A DNA stretch of 64,000 bases from Moniliella sp. 'wahieum' (Eukaryota), in NCBI GenBank assembly GCA_003971905.1, contig RSEE01000043.1:310001-374000 (forward strand), in the 5' to 3' direction. The notes beneath the pieces are model-generated. The model saw nothing but the letters and a program-made list of their open reading frames with translations, ran no database searches and was not told where the DNA came from. Position 1 is the stretch's first letter; every line of letters starts with the position of its first letter. Of this stretch, positions 43,596 through 55,007 are shown piece after piece. The position numbers were made by a program, and so were the translations under genes.

Positions 43596-44712
43596 ATGTC
43601 CGCCTCTGACGCTGCTGCCACGCCCACCCCCCCCGCCAACGCGCTGACCGCTCCCCCGCCGAGGTGGAGGAGCTGGCCACGGTACGTGATGGATGGTTCC
43701 CGTCCCTGCCCCCCCCAGAATACGCCTGCTGCAGCTCTGACATCTCTGACACCTGCCCTTTGCACAGAAAGTCTTTGTCCGCCCGCTCGCCGCTTCCTTG
43801 ACTGATGACGACATCAAGGCCCTCTTCCCCGACCAGACCGTGTATGTCCTTTGCTGGTTTCAGCCCTCAGGGCCTTGCAGTTGCCCCCCCTCTGAGCACC
43901 AGAGTACTGACTTCAATCTCCAGGACTGAGGTACACGTCATGCGCCGGGGCTCACGCCACCTTGGCTGCTTTGTCACCTTCGCTACGGAAGCCGATGCAG
44001 CGCGCGCGGTGGAGAAGTGGGGCCAGGATCCTTCCGGAGACGTGCGAGTGGAACGGCTGAAGCATACTGCGACCGAATCGGCTGCCTCGCGCAAAGCCCG
44101 CCCTGCACGCCAGCCCAAGAAAGTCAAAGCCAAGGCGACCCCGTCCAACGAGGCGAACGAGTCGGATGAGCCGAACGAATTGAAGGAAACCAAGGAGTCC
44201 AAGCAACCCAAGCAACCCAAGAAGACCAAGAAGGCAAAGACCTCCAAAGCCGCTAAGGAGCCCAAGGCGACCGAGGCCGCTACCCCCCCGGCCCCGGCTT
44301 CCCCCTCTGAGACACTTGTCTTTGTGGCCAATTTGGACTGGGCAGTGGAGCCCAAGGAGCTGCAAGAGTTTTTCGAACAGGACCGGAGCTCAAGGTGGAA
44401 CAAGTGACGATAGCTAGTCGGACGGTACGGGTGCTCTCTGCGCCCGAATCTGAGGCACCGAACGGGTCTGAAGGGGAGGGAAAGAAGAAGCGCGTGCCGG
44501 TCCAGCGGAGCCGTGGCTACGCCTTTGTCCGTTTTGCTTCGCACGCTCAGCAGACCAAGGCGATTGAGCTGTTCGACGGCAAGGAGCTCCGTGGCCGCCC
44601 GGTGGTCCTCAAAGTGGCCCTGGACAAGGAACGCCCCAAGGCTACCAAGCCGGCTAAACAGCCGAAGGTGACAGCAGAGCCGACGGAGGCAGAGGGCCCT
44701 GAGACGGCCTAA
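43596..44712 (+). CDS. Two-RRM RNA-binding protein with K-rich linker; introns about 43682..43768 and about 43840..43923
   Basis: RRM2 has RNP2 VFVANL and RNP1 RSRGYAFVRF, followed by AIELFDGKELRGRPVVLKVA. RRM1 reads KVFVRPL...GCFVTFATEADAARAV. Confidence 0.75.
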
Positions 44713-45402
44713 TACTTAATTGGCATGTTTGTTTGTTTGCGTCTCCCTTTCCTGACAGGTCAGACTGCAAGGCAAACGCACGCATCCTTGGTTTGCGTCC
44801 GCCATGAATTCGAGTGTCTTCCTACACTGGTCCTGCCCTACGAATCTTGTGGCTGCAGCAGCTTGGGCAGAATAGGTGGGGGGGATGGACGAAAGCAACG
44901 CCAACGTGGGGGGGGGATAGCTCTGACCTGCATACGGCCAAGAGGCACCAGCGATGCTTGACAGGGGCGCACACCTACAATGGAAGCGCTTTCACACTGG
45001 GTGGTGTTGGCCACGCGGTGGTCGAGGAGTTCAGTGGGGGTGCTGTGCTCTAACGGGGGGGGAGTACGGGTGCAGTCCCTTCCAGCCGCACCCTGGCGGG
45101 GGACAGCAACACTCGGCTGTTGCCGCGGCGCTGACATAACCACAGGTCTCCTGCAGGCGACGGACACTGCCGCAGGGCTGGCATGCACGGGAGGCAAGCG
45201 CTGTGGGGTGCTAGGGTTGTCTATGTTCTGATGAGGATTAAAATACCTCTGCTGTGCGTGGCGGGAGGCGATGTGTTCTTGCGTCTAAGCCGCCTGGGTG
45301 CTCTTCTCCTGCTCCTGGCGGTCTGCCGCTGCTCCTGCGTCCCCGCCGCACCCACAGTCCGCTGCCCCCCCTGCCCCCCACCCCGTGCCCCGTGCCTTTG
45401 CC

Positions 45403-47731
45403 ATGCGCGACACACCCGATCTGGCCATGTCCGCTCCGCAGACGCGTGCGCGCGCCAAGCAGCCCATCCGGTCCCCACCTGCTCTGCCCAGCACCGCCCC
45501 CGACGTCGACCAACACGCTGATTCGCGCCGCGTCTTGTCCGAAGCTGGCTCTCCCTCCCGCACAACGTCGACATCCACCGCTCCTACTTCACCTCCCCCT
45601 GCACCTTTGGCGTCTGCCTCAGTCGCTGCCCTGCGCCTGCGCCTGCGTCCGCCTCGACCTCTACCTCGACCTCTACCTCTTCCTTGCCTTCGTTTGCCGG
45701 TCCCGGCCCCCCTTCCAGTACTACACAAGGCAACGAAGGTGAGAAACTCACCAGCCATTCCCAGACCGCAACGGCGCAACCTAAAGTGACGTTGCCTCCC
45801 TTGCCCATTGTACCGCCGCCTCCACCTCTCCTGCCTCCTTCACACATTGACAATGGCACCAGCAGTTCTACTGGGAGTCAGAACAGCATCCGCAGCAGTC
45901 CCACCTCCAGCCAAGCTCATACCGATCCCTCTGCGTCGCAGAGTATGTCTCCCAAATCTTCTTCTGCTGACCTCGCCACTACCTCTGCCACCACGATGGC
46001 CCCCTCGAAGGCGCCTCCTTTTGCGGCCGGTGATACGCAGGATCAGAATAGCTCGGGAACCCGTCCACGTAAAACCCTCGATCTCAAAAGCCTCCCCCGC
46101 TGACGCTGGAAGAGATCACGGCGGCTCGGTACAAGGCGTACTCGACTGGGATTGCAAGTACCAAAACCCACGTGGGAGGGAATGGTGCGTTGGGTGGCGC
46201 GCACATGCCACCGCTTACCATTGCGCTTCACAGTGCTTACCTCCAAGCGGCCAAAATGTTACCGGACTCGCTCGTGTTTACGGGGATGCTGCGACAAGAT
46301 ACCAGGCGGCCGAGCAAGCGCTGCGTGCCCGGGATTCCACGCGCATCACGGTCGATGGCAAGCCCATCAAGACGCGGCGCAGGACATTGCCGCATGAAGC
46401 CTCAGTGCTCCTAGCCTTCTTTACTGAGAACCAATTCCCTGCCTCCTTTGAGCGGGATGAGTTGTCAGCCATCACGGGGATGCGACCGCGGTATGTGTTC
46501 CCCTCCCGTCCCTGCTTAGGTGCTTACCCTCCGTCCTTTTAGAGCGGTAACCATCTGGTTCCAGAATCGCAGACAGACTGAGAAAAAACGTCAAAATGGG
46601 GAAGGATCCGGGGACGAGGAGCCAGTCCCCGCCGCACCACCTGTTCGCACGACTGTTCAAGAGACCGATGACCGACCAACACCCTATTCCTATCCATCTA
46701 TTCCATCTGTTCGTATGATCCCAGGCGCGTATCCTCCCCAACGCACTGGATATCCCCCCGCACCCCACTACCCTTCCCCTAGCCTACCTTACCCGCCTAC
46801 GTATTACATTCCGCCGCCTTTGTCCGTTGAGCCCCCCTGCCGATGGGGTACCCACAAGAGCTGGGGGAGGAAGAGGAGGAGGATGAAGGGAGTCACTTGG
46901 CATGGGAGTCCTCGGTCCCTCCCCCACTCGATTGGTCTGCGAAACAGCCGGCCTGGGGTCCTTCCGGGCAGCCCTGGACTGGACAATCGGCTGTCCTTGG
47001 CAATCATCCCAGTGTTTTGGGTACCAGTTCGCGCCCCCCTGTCTCCTTTCCCCGAGACTCTGTTCCTCTCGCTGCTCGGCTGGCTGGACCCACATCGGCA
47101 CCTTCGCTCCACGCTTCGCACCACGCCGATGTTTCCGGAAACCAAGGGACTAGGAGATTAAGTTCCCGCCGTGCTGCGGCTCGACAATCTCCTTCGTTGC
47201 GCTCGACAGCGGAGACTTCTCCTGCTATGCACACGAGGGGGGCTAAGGACAGCCGTCTACGTACACTGAGAGCACCCAATATGGATGCACCGGCGGTACA
47301 GGGTGCGCGTTCGGCTCCGGACTTTAGCTTTGCCACACTCAGGAGAGATAGCCTGTCTTCGTCCTCTCCTGAGGAAGAGGAAGTGAACAACCACGCTCTT
47401 CTGTTGACTCAAATGCACAGTTCCTCCTCTGGATCCGATCCACCTTCCTCCCACAAGCCACCTCCGCCTGAATACCAAGACGAAACCCATTCCTCCTCAG
47501 CGGGCGAGACGGCGCGCAAACGGCCCCGAACAAGCACAGCGATGCGCAAGACGGCGCCTGTCCTGAATGCGCCAGGACCGTCAGCTGAGAGGGGCGTTGG
47601 AGGCACTGGCAGCGGCGTCGGCTGCGTTTGATACCAGGTCAGATCGGTTGGGGAGGCTTACTGCCTCGTCGTCGGCGGAAATGTCGGCGGTGGAAGGCTT
47701 GCTCTGGATTTCGCAGCGGCAACCTACGTGA
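45403..47731 (+). CDS. Homeodomain transcription factor (Yox1/Yhp1-like); intron 46491..46542 inside the homeobox
   Basis: The spliced homeodomain reads KTRRRTLPHEASVLLAFFTENQFPASFERDELSAITGMRPR|AVTIWFQNRRQTEKKR. The flanks are S/P-rich and the C-terminus reads EMSAVEGLLWIS. Both ends are inferred across frameshifts. Confidence 0.8.
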
Positions 47732-48313
47732 ACGTGAACCTTTGATGTGTCATCGCGTCATCATTATGGCGTGAAGGGAGAGCTTGCATCGGGTAGAATC
47801 TTTGTTTCGTTCGTATACACCGCGCTTATCAACCAGCCCCAGCCGATCGAAGGCACATCGTTCACCCCCATCTCAAGTGGACCATACATTCCCTCGTCCT
47901 TCTCGTTCCCCCCGACAGAGGTATCCAACAAGTCTTTAGCTTTCTTTTGTATTGCTCCTCTGCTCCCGCCTGTGTTGTCACTAGTCACTGGCTTTCCCTT
48001 GTACCCTCCATCGCGCGCGTTGATGGTCGCTGAAAATCAAAATGGGCTGTAGGCCTCCGCATCTTGTTTTTTTTTTCCCTTGGTACTCGGCAGGGTGGGC
48101 GTGGGTGTGGTGCTTACCACCCGTCGAGGCAAGTTGGAGTGAGAAATGGGAGGCGATATGGGAGAAACGTGTTCCGTGCCCTGGCTGTCCCTTTGATCGT
48201 TAGTATACTCACTTGAGCTACCGGTGACCTCCGGTGCTAGTTGAGACGTTGACATAAAGCGCCAAGCTGGGCTCTGACGAAGTGAGCGCGTCTGAGATCT
48301 GAGAGGCCTTTGT

Positions 48314-48340
48314 GCGTCACGCGTCACGCGTCACGCGTCA
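48314..48340. repeat. Heptamer array (ACGCGT-C)n
   Basis: Reads gcgtcacgcgtcacgcgtcacgcgtca, about 150 bp upstream of the retroelement remnant. Confidence 0.9.
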
Positions 48341-48489
48341 GGCAGGGCAGGCTTATCAGTAGAAGTATATCATAGCTGTCCCCCAATGTATCTCTGAGGA
48401 TCGGACGCGTGCCCTGGCTTAGGCTCCGAAGGATGGATCAGCGAGCCAACAGACGCGGGAGCGTCACAGCTCAGCGCTCAAGGCCAGAG

Positions 48490-50113
48490 CTAGAGTGCAC
48501 CAGCAAGGATCCAGCTGTCTCTCTGAGCGAAGCACCAGAGGGCAGACGATCTCGGCTGTACATTGACTAAATATGGGTGACGACAAAGGTCCAGCTGTCT
48601 CTCTGAGGGAAGCATCAGAGAGCAGGCCGGAGCAGGCACCAGAGGGCAGGCTGCCTCGGCTATACATTCACGACACTAAGATCTTCGGACCAGGTACACG
48701 GATTACCGGCCTAGCCGCGGAGATTTTGAAGACGACGCTTCAGCGCGTCAGCCCTCCCGCTCAACCTGCGCGAGGGACTGGGCCCAGATTCGACAGGATG
48801 GGCTGCACTTTTGTGGGAGGGGTAGACTGCCGTCGATCGTGGCTCCGGGACCAACTGGCCAGCCTCAGAGAAAACATGCCCAAGTTTGATGGCATCACCC
48901 GCCGGGGATGCCTCGTACTATGGCGGTACAGTAGTATACTCATCAGACCAAGCTGCGCCACACCTATTCCGCATCGTGCAGATGGAGGGTGAGCTGGACG
49001 ATGTGCTGGCCAAGATGGACGCCTTCATCTATACGGGGTTCAGACGGATCGGGGGCGACGAGGACCCCCAAGGTGCCAAGCACGACCACTTGGACATGCT
49101 CATGAGCCTGCCTCTCCGGATGGGAAGATGCGGCAGCCCGCTTTACTCGCATATTGCCCCACACCCGTGCCGGGGCCAACGAGGTTAATGACTTTATTAT
49201 TACCACGTATGTTGACCGATCAGGACCGCAAACGGCGACGGCAACCGCATTTACGAAGCAACGCCAGCGCTGCCGGGCGATGTGGGAGCAGAATCGACAA
49301 GAACTGTGCTCCAGAAGCTGGACGATGCCGATGGTGGCCATCTGGTTGAGCACAGCAACCCGCTGAGCCACAATTGGCTCTCCGCCATCCCATCCGCCCC
49401 GTGCCTCCGGCTCTCTGACAAGCAGGTCCAGGTTGGTCTCCAGCTCCACTCGCTGCGCCGCTCCACGCGCAACATGTGCAAGTGTGGTGTCATGTCCTCG
49501 CTGGAGCACATCATGGCTTGCATCTGCACATAGGCTAAGTTTAGTGCGTTGCATGAGGCAGTGCGGGAGCCCATTCTCGAGCTCGTACCCTCCATCCCCG
49601 ACACCACGTCCACATGAACCTACCGTGGAGGAAGAGGATGGGACGAGGCGCGGGCGGAGAGCACAGCGCACCGACTACCGTGTGATGGGGCCTGGAGCAA
49701 TCGGAGGATCTGGAATGAAGGTGGACCACACGGTACGCGACACGGGATCGCTGGGGGCGCAGAGCGCGTACCGGAGGGTGGTGCACGAGCTATGCCCTTG
49801 GAACGCGGGGGGAAGGCGCTGCTTCGGCTGCTGGAACAAGCAGAATGCGACAAGAATACCAAGCACCAGGGACGCACTCAAGAGCCGTTTTTCCCCTGGT
49901 TTTGACGACGCGCGGAGGTACTACGGCACCAAGACAGCGGACAATAAGATGCTGGCGCACTGGAAGGATTTGACTACTGAATCTCCATGGAAATGGTTCC
50001 TCGCTCGCAGGTCTACCGCGTTCATCCGTGTCCACACGCGGTCCCTCGGGCACGGGACCGGATGGCGAGCACCAGAGGGTCCTGATATCCTGGCGATCCC
50101 CCTGGTTCCCTAG
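48490..50113 (+). mobile_element. Decayed, 5'-truncated non-LTR retrotransposon with C-terminal restriction-like endonuclease (CRE clade; Cnl1/MoTeR1-like)
   Basis: Remnants appear in the expected order. These are QG-like RT motifs, YIHD at the YxDD position (48663..48674), LMSLPLRMGRCG...IAP, KQRQRCRAMWE and WLSAIPSAPCLRLSDKQV. Then come the zinc knuckle CKC..H...C (49477..49521), LHEAV, HEP, RTD (49667..49675) and VDHTV. Stops and frameshifts occur throughout. Confidence 0.75.
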
Positions 50114-51090
50114 CAGTGGTGGCGCTACCAAGTAACACACGCAAGATGAACGGTTCGGTTTGGGCGTAGCATTTCCCTGTCCCAGCCTTAGGCTTTGTGT
50201 CAATGATATGGATGCAGGGTAGAGCTCATCAATGAGCGCCTCATCAGCGCCATCAGCTGAGGGCGCGCTGAGGCCGAGGCGCTGGAACATGTAACCGGTT
50301 ATAACCTGCTGCAACCTGTAACACTGCTGCAACATGTAACCGTCGATAACCCGGAGGAACAAACGCAGGAGGGTTGCGGTCACCGGTCACCGGTCATGCC
50401 ATGGACCACTGGGTCACTGGGTCACTAGGTCACTTGCACTAGGCCTCGCTGGGAACTGGTGGCGGCAGCAGAGCACTGGGACGAGTACTGAGTGTACTGA
50501 GTTGCTGATGCGAATCGCGGATCACTAGATCACTAGCTTCACTAGTCATTGATCACTGATCGGCAACTGAGCACCGCAGGGGCCGATTGGCGTGCGCTGC
50601 GCTTGGGGGAACCCGGGGAACCACAATGAGCCCATCGCGTGCATGGATGCATTTTGGATCCCGTCGCTCCTCGGGCGCCTCCCCCGGTCACCCGAAGGCC
50701 GCGTTAGGATGCGTGATGCATGGCATCTGCGCTAGGGTTGGTGCCACAGCGCCAGTGCGGCTTCACCGGCTTCACCCGGCGCGGTGAGCGCTGAGCCGCT
50801 GGGCCTCAACGTCCTCGCCGCTGACGCTGATCTGATCCGACGCTGTTGTGTTTTGGTTGCAGGCCGCCTCACCGTCACCGCGTCACCGGTCCCAGCGGCC
50901 AGCGCCGGGCTAATTTGTTCCCACAACCAGCAGCCCCCAACCACCCAACCGCCTCGCCTCCCACCCTGCTCCTGGCCCTGGACGCGTCTCCGCGTCCTTT
51001 TCGCCCACCAGCCACCGCCTCGTCTTCGTCGCCTGGGCGGTCGTCCCTGCAGCACCATCCCACCTTCTCTTTCCCACCGCCTCTGCTGCC

Positions 51091-52196
51091 ATGGACGTTG
51101 TCCTTGACGTTGCCGACGAGTACGCTCTCGACTCGGTCTGGGCTTGGCTCCTGCCTGCTTCGCCCAAGTCACCTGTCTTATCGCACAGCACAACGTTGCT
51201 CCAGTCGTTTGTGCAAGATGCCCAGACCCAGGCAGCTCTGTCCTTGTCTCCCGCCGTGGCCAATGGCACGTCGCTCCTGTCGCTCGGGGCCGAAACCACG
51301 CCCAAGGTGCTTGACAGCGCCTTGGATTGGGCCCGTTTGTCAGGCCTCAGCGCTCTGCCGCGTTCCAACCTAGTTCGCCAATTTGTCTCGCTCTTCACCA
51401 TCACCTACATCGGCATCCTGCTGCTCTACTTTAGCATGGCGGGCGCGAGCTACCGCTGGATTTACAACAAAGACATGATGCGCCATCCCCGCTTCCTGGC
51501 CAACCAGGTCAAGAAGGAAATCAATTGTTCACTTGCCGCATTCCCTGTCCTGGATCTTCTAACGGTACCTTGGTTCGTGGGTGAGGTGAACGGCTGCTCG
51601 AAGATGTACGCCTCTATCAGCGAGGGTCCTTGGGCCAGTAAGCCTTGGGGTCTAGGAGGGTGGACGTACATTTTCTTCTCCATCGGGTGGTTCCTTGTCT
51701 TTACCGACTTTTGCATCTATTGGGTGCATCGCTGGAGCATCATCCCTTGCTTTATAAGCACGTGCACAAACCCCACCACAAGTGGATTGTGCCAACGCCC
51801 TTTGCTTCGCATGCGTTCCACCCTCTGGATGGGTACGCCCAATCGCTCCCCTACCACATTTTCGTCTACCTCTTCCCACTGCACAAACTGCTCTACATTG
51901 GTCTGTTTGGCTTTGTCAACATGTGGAGCATCCTCATCCACGACAGTGACATGATCACCAACACACCCTTTGAAAAGGTCATCAATGGTCCCGCCCACCA
52001 CACTCTTCATCATATCTACTTCACAGTCAACTATGGTCAGTACTTTACTGGCTTTGACCGTCTTGGCGGCTCCTACCGCCAGCCGATGGAGAAGGACGAC
52101 CCATTGCTTGAGGTGGCCAAGTCCAAGTTCCGCCCGGCCCCAATTGCGGATGGCGCCCCAGACTCTAGGGTTGAGAAGGGGGAGAAGCAAGAGTGA
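51091..52196 (+). CDS. ERG3: C-5 sterol desaturase; one frameshift near 51732
   Basis: It begins [11 protein letters not shown] and contains HPRFLANQV and [11 protein letters not shown]. The His boxes are HKPHHKW and HHTLHH, alongside [15 protein letters not shown] and NYGQYFT. Confidence 0.95.
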
Positions 52197-52499
52197 TTGG
52201 CGATTGCGCTCGTCTCCTCGATTCCCCCGGGTTGGTACAGCATGTGCGCTTGTCGTAGCAAGATACGTACCAGTTGCTCTGGATCCCAAGTGTACCCCAT
52301 GTGCTTGCTTATGATTTCTGCTTGTTCTTTTTGCACTGTCCTTCTCTCCGCATCATCCGTCTTAGCCAGGCGCATCGAAGGACTATTCTGCTACACTCCC
52401 ATGCCCATCATTCGTCTGGGCCCCTGTGACAAATTGTTCATAGGAAGATGGAAGGATGAGCTGGTGTGATGGTCGTCTCGAAGCATACCGACTCTGGGA

Positions 52500-54775
52500 T
52501 TAGGGGGGAGCGACAAGGCAGTCCAGTAAGATACGGGGTACTGCGTGAGAGGGGAACGAGACGACGTTCTTGGTGGCGCAGGGGTGCCAGCGTGCGCAGT
52601 CAACACGGCCACAGTTTGTTGGTAAAGACAGGTATCGAAGCCCACCAACCCCCATCTTGAAGAGGCTGGAAGGAAGGAAGCTGGCGTGGAGAGCGTAGGC
52701 GGCCAAAAGGAGAGCAGAGACAGAACTGGTCAAGTGTAGACTACGGACCGATGGTTGTATTGTCCCAGCGGAGCATGAGGCCAAGGAAACCTTGGAAGAG
52801 TCGAGGACCCAGCTAACTTGCTCTTTTACCAGTCGACTGTCCTCAGAACCCAGCAGCTCGACCTGGCTGGAACATACGGAAAGAATCGCCGCCTCGGCTT
52901 CCCACCTGCTCCACTCATGAGATGGAGACCGCTGGGCCAGGTCCCGCATGGCCAAGGAAACGACGCCAGCCATGAACACCAACGGAGGTGGAACGCGTTG
53001 GCGAACATCTCCCGTGAACCGGTAAGGGGTCCTTCCTCCCCTAGCAGCCGATACAGGGATGCGGGCATCTGTAGCATCCTGCAAAAAAGCTTTTGACGTA
53101 GTGGCTCGGGAAGCAGGGCTGGGTGGGACCACTCTTTCTGTGCCGAAAATGGAAATTCGTCCCCAAGCAAATCGGACACCATGGAAGTGTGCTGCATACG
53201 TACCACCATGGGGTGGCAACCCAGTGTCGTGCCGGCACCAACGGTTTCAGAGATCAGCTTCTCCTCGGTGCCATCGTCTGCCAGCTAGCCGCGACGATTC
53301 AGAATCACATGCAGCAAACATGACTGCTATGCACCAGTTGTAAAGATCCTTCGTCGCCCCTTCGGCCACCGAGGGCATCGCAACGTCAAGGAAATAGTAC
53401 GTGGGGGGGAGAAGCGTCCCCTGACCAGCTAGGGCCAAGAGCATGGCTGGAAATTCACCCACACGGTATGCCTCCCCATACTGCTTTAACACTTGGGGGT
53501 GAACTCGGGGGATCCTAAGACTGCTCTCCGCCTCTGCCTTGGCCAACGTCGCTCTGTCGGATGCGGACATAAAGAGCCTTGCGATCGCAGGATCCACCTC
53601 GTCGTTCAGGTATGTGAGCAAAGAGGTACGGATACCTGGCCAAAGACGGTCAAACTTGCTCTTCAAGGGCAGAGTAGAGAGGGTAGGAATGGTAGGGAGT
53701 ACCTTGCTTCCCCGACCTCGGTTGGCATTAGGATGAGTTTGGCTAGAGCCGAAGCAGTCAGCTCTTGAAGTGCCTCCTTCGTGCTGTCCCCTTTCGAAGA
53801 AACCACGTCCAATCGACGCGACTCGTCCCTGATCAACACCAGCAACGCCGTGATGAGTTGGTCGAACTTGTTCCCGAGCGCTTTGTGCAGTAAGGTCTTG
53901 TACTCATCCGACGCAAAGTCGTTTTCGGTCAAGGCAGCCACGACAGGAAGCACAGCCATAGGGAGTGACCATATTTGGGCCAGACGAGAAGGATCGTACA
54001 CAGTGAGCTGGAGCATCGAAAAACGAGATTGGCGATCATCAGCTCCCACTCCGAACCTCATTTTGTTCTGGACGACATCGGAGCCGAGGTGCACGCTAAC
54101 GTCGAACCAGGCATCAACAGGGGTTTGTTCTTCCGGCTGGTTTGGTGAGGCGGCAAAGGTGACCATTTGTTTCAGTGGGGCAAATTTACACCCCCCTTCG
54201 TGCGCTTGGAGGAAGAAAAAGTCAGAGTCGTTGGTCAAGACAATGCCTTGACGTTGGCGGGCCACGCTAGCAGCCAGTCCATCCGCCTCGCCCAACGAGT
54301 AAATCATTTCCGCCCCTTTGGAGTTCAAAAGCGACCCGACGAAAGGAATAATGTGGGGGGGCAAAAGAGGCGGCAGCCTCGGACGAGGCCTATTCTCCTC
54401 TTCTGACAACAACACCTGAGCCATATACCGGTGCGCTTGAACTGTACACCCGGCAGCCCGCTCGCTCCTAGTAGCCGCCTTGTGCGCGGGGGATGGCCCA
54501 TCGGCAACGAATACGGGATGGAGTTGACAGACGTGACACAGGTGGAGAAAACGAGTGACAAACAAGTCCAGTTCGGCGGAGCCAACGCCCCAAACAGGAC
54601 TGCGGCGGAGGAGGGTGAGGTAGAGGGTCCAGACCCAACCAGACAGGTCGATCACCAGGACGATGGACTCTGTCGGCACGTGAGGCCGTGGTGTCCGCCG
54701 CAGGAAAGAGGCGATCCTGACCAACGAAGCGCGACAGTTTGTGGAGACATGGCGGGTCAGTCCCGAGATGCCCAT
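52500..54775 (-). CDS. Asteroid/XPG-like (PIN/FEN-type) nuclease-domain protein; 3' end uncertain
   Basis: It begins MGISGL and carries the FEN/XPG acidic motifs LVIDLSG, FVADGPSP, GEAD, VLTNDSDFF and LTENDF. A probable intron lies at about 53663..53703. Confidence 0.72.
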
Positions 54776-55007
54776 CTGCCTGCCCTGCGCCTGGAATGGT
54801 GGTGGTGCACAGCAAAACGAACACAAAAAACCGCAGCGGACCTGCAAGATGCCAGCGGGGTAAATGCATATGCTGCTCGGCGAGCACTAGGGTTGCTCGC
54901 GACACCGGTAGGGTTGAGTCGTCTACGCGCCTCCGTTTTCGTCGCGTCTGGAATCTGGGCTGGCGGGATCCGACCATCACGTACCCACGCTAGTCTTCTT
55001 GGTCATC

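Noticed and set aside
45403..47731. Mating-type HD2 (bW) gene
   Set aside because: There is no divergently transcribed HD1 partner, and the upstream RRM gene is co-oriented. The homeodomain and C-terminal motif look Yox1-like.
48418..50194. CTTAGGCT at 48418..48425 and 50187..50194 as a target-site duplication or telomere-like target of the retroelement
   Set aside because: An 8-mer match is expected by chance when the element ends are undefined over a few hundred bp. It needs other copies to test.
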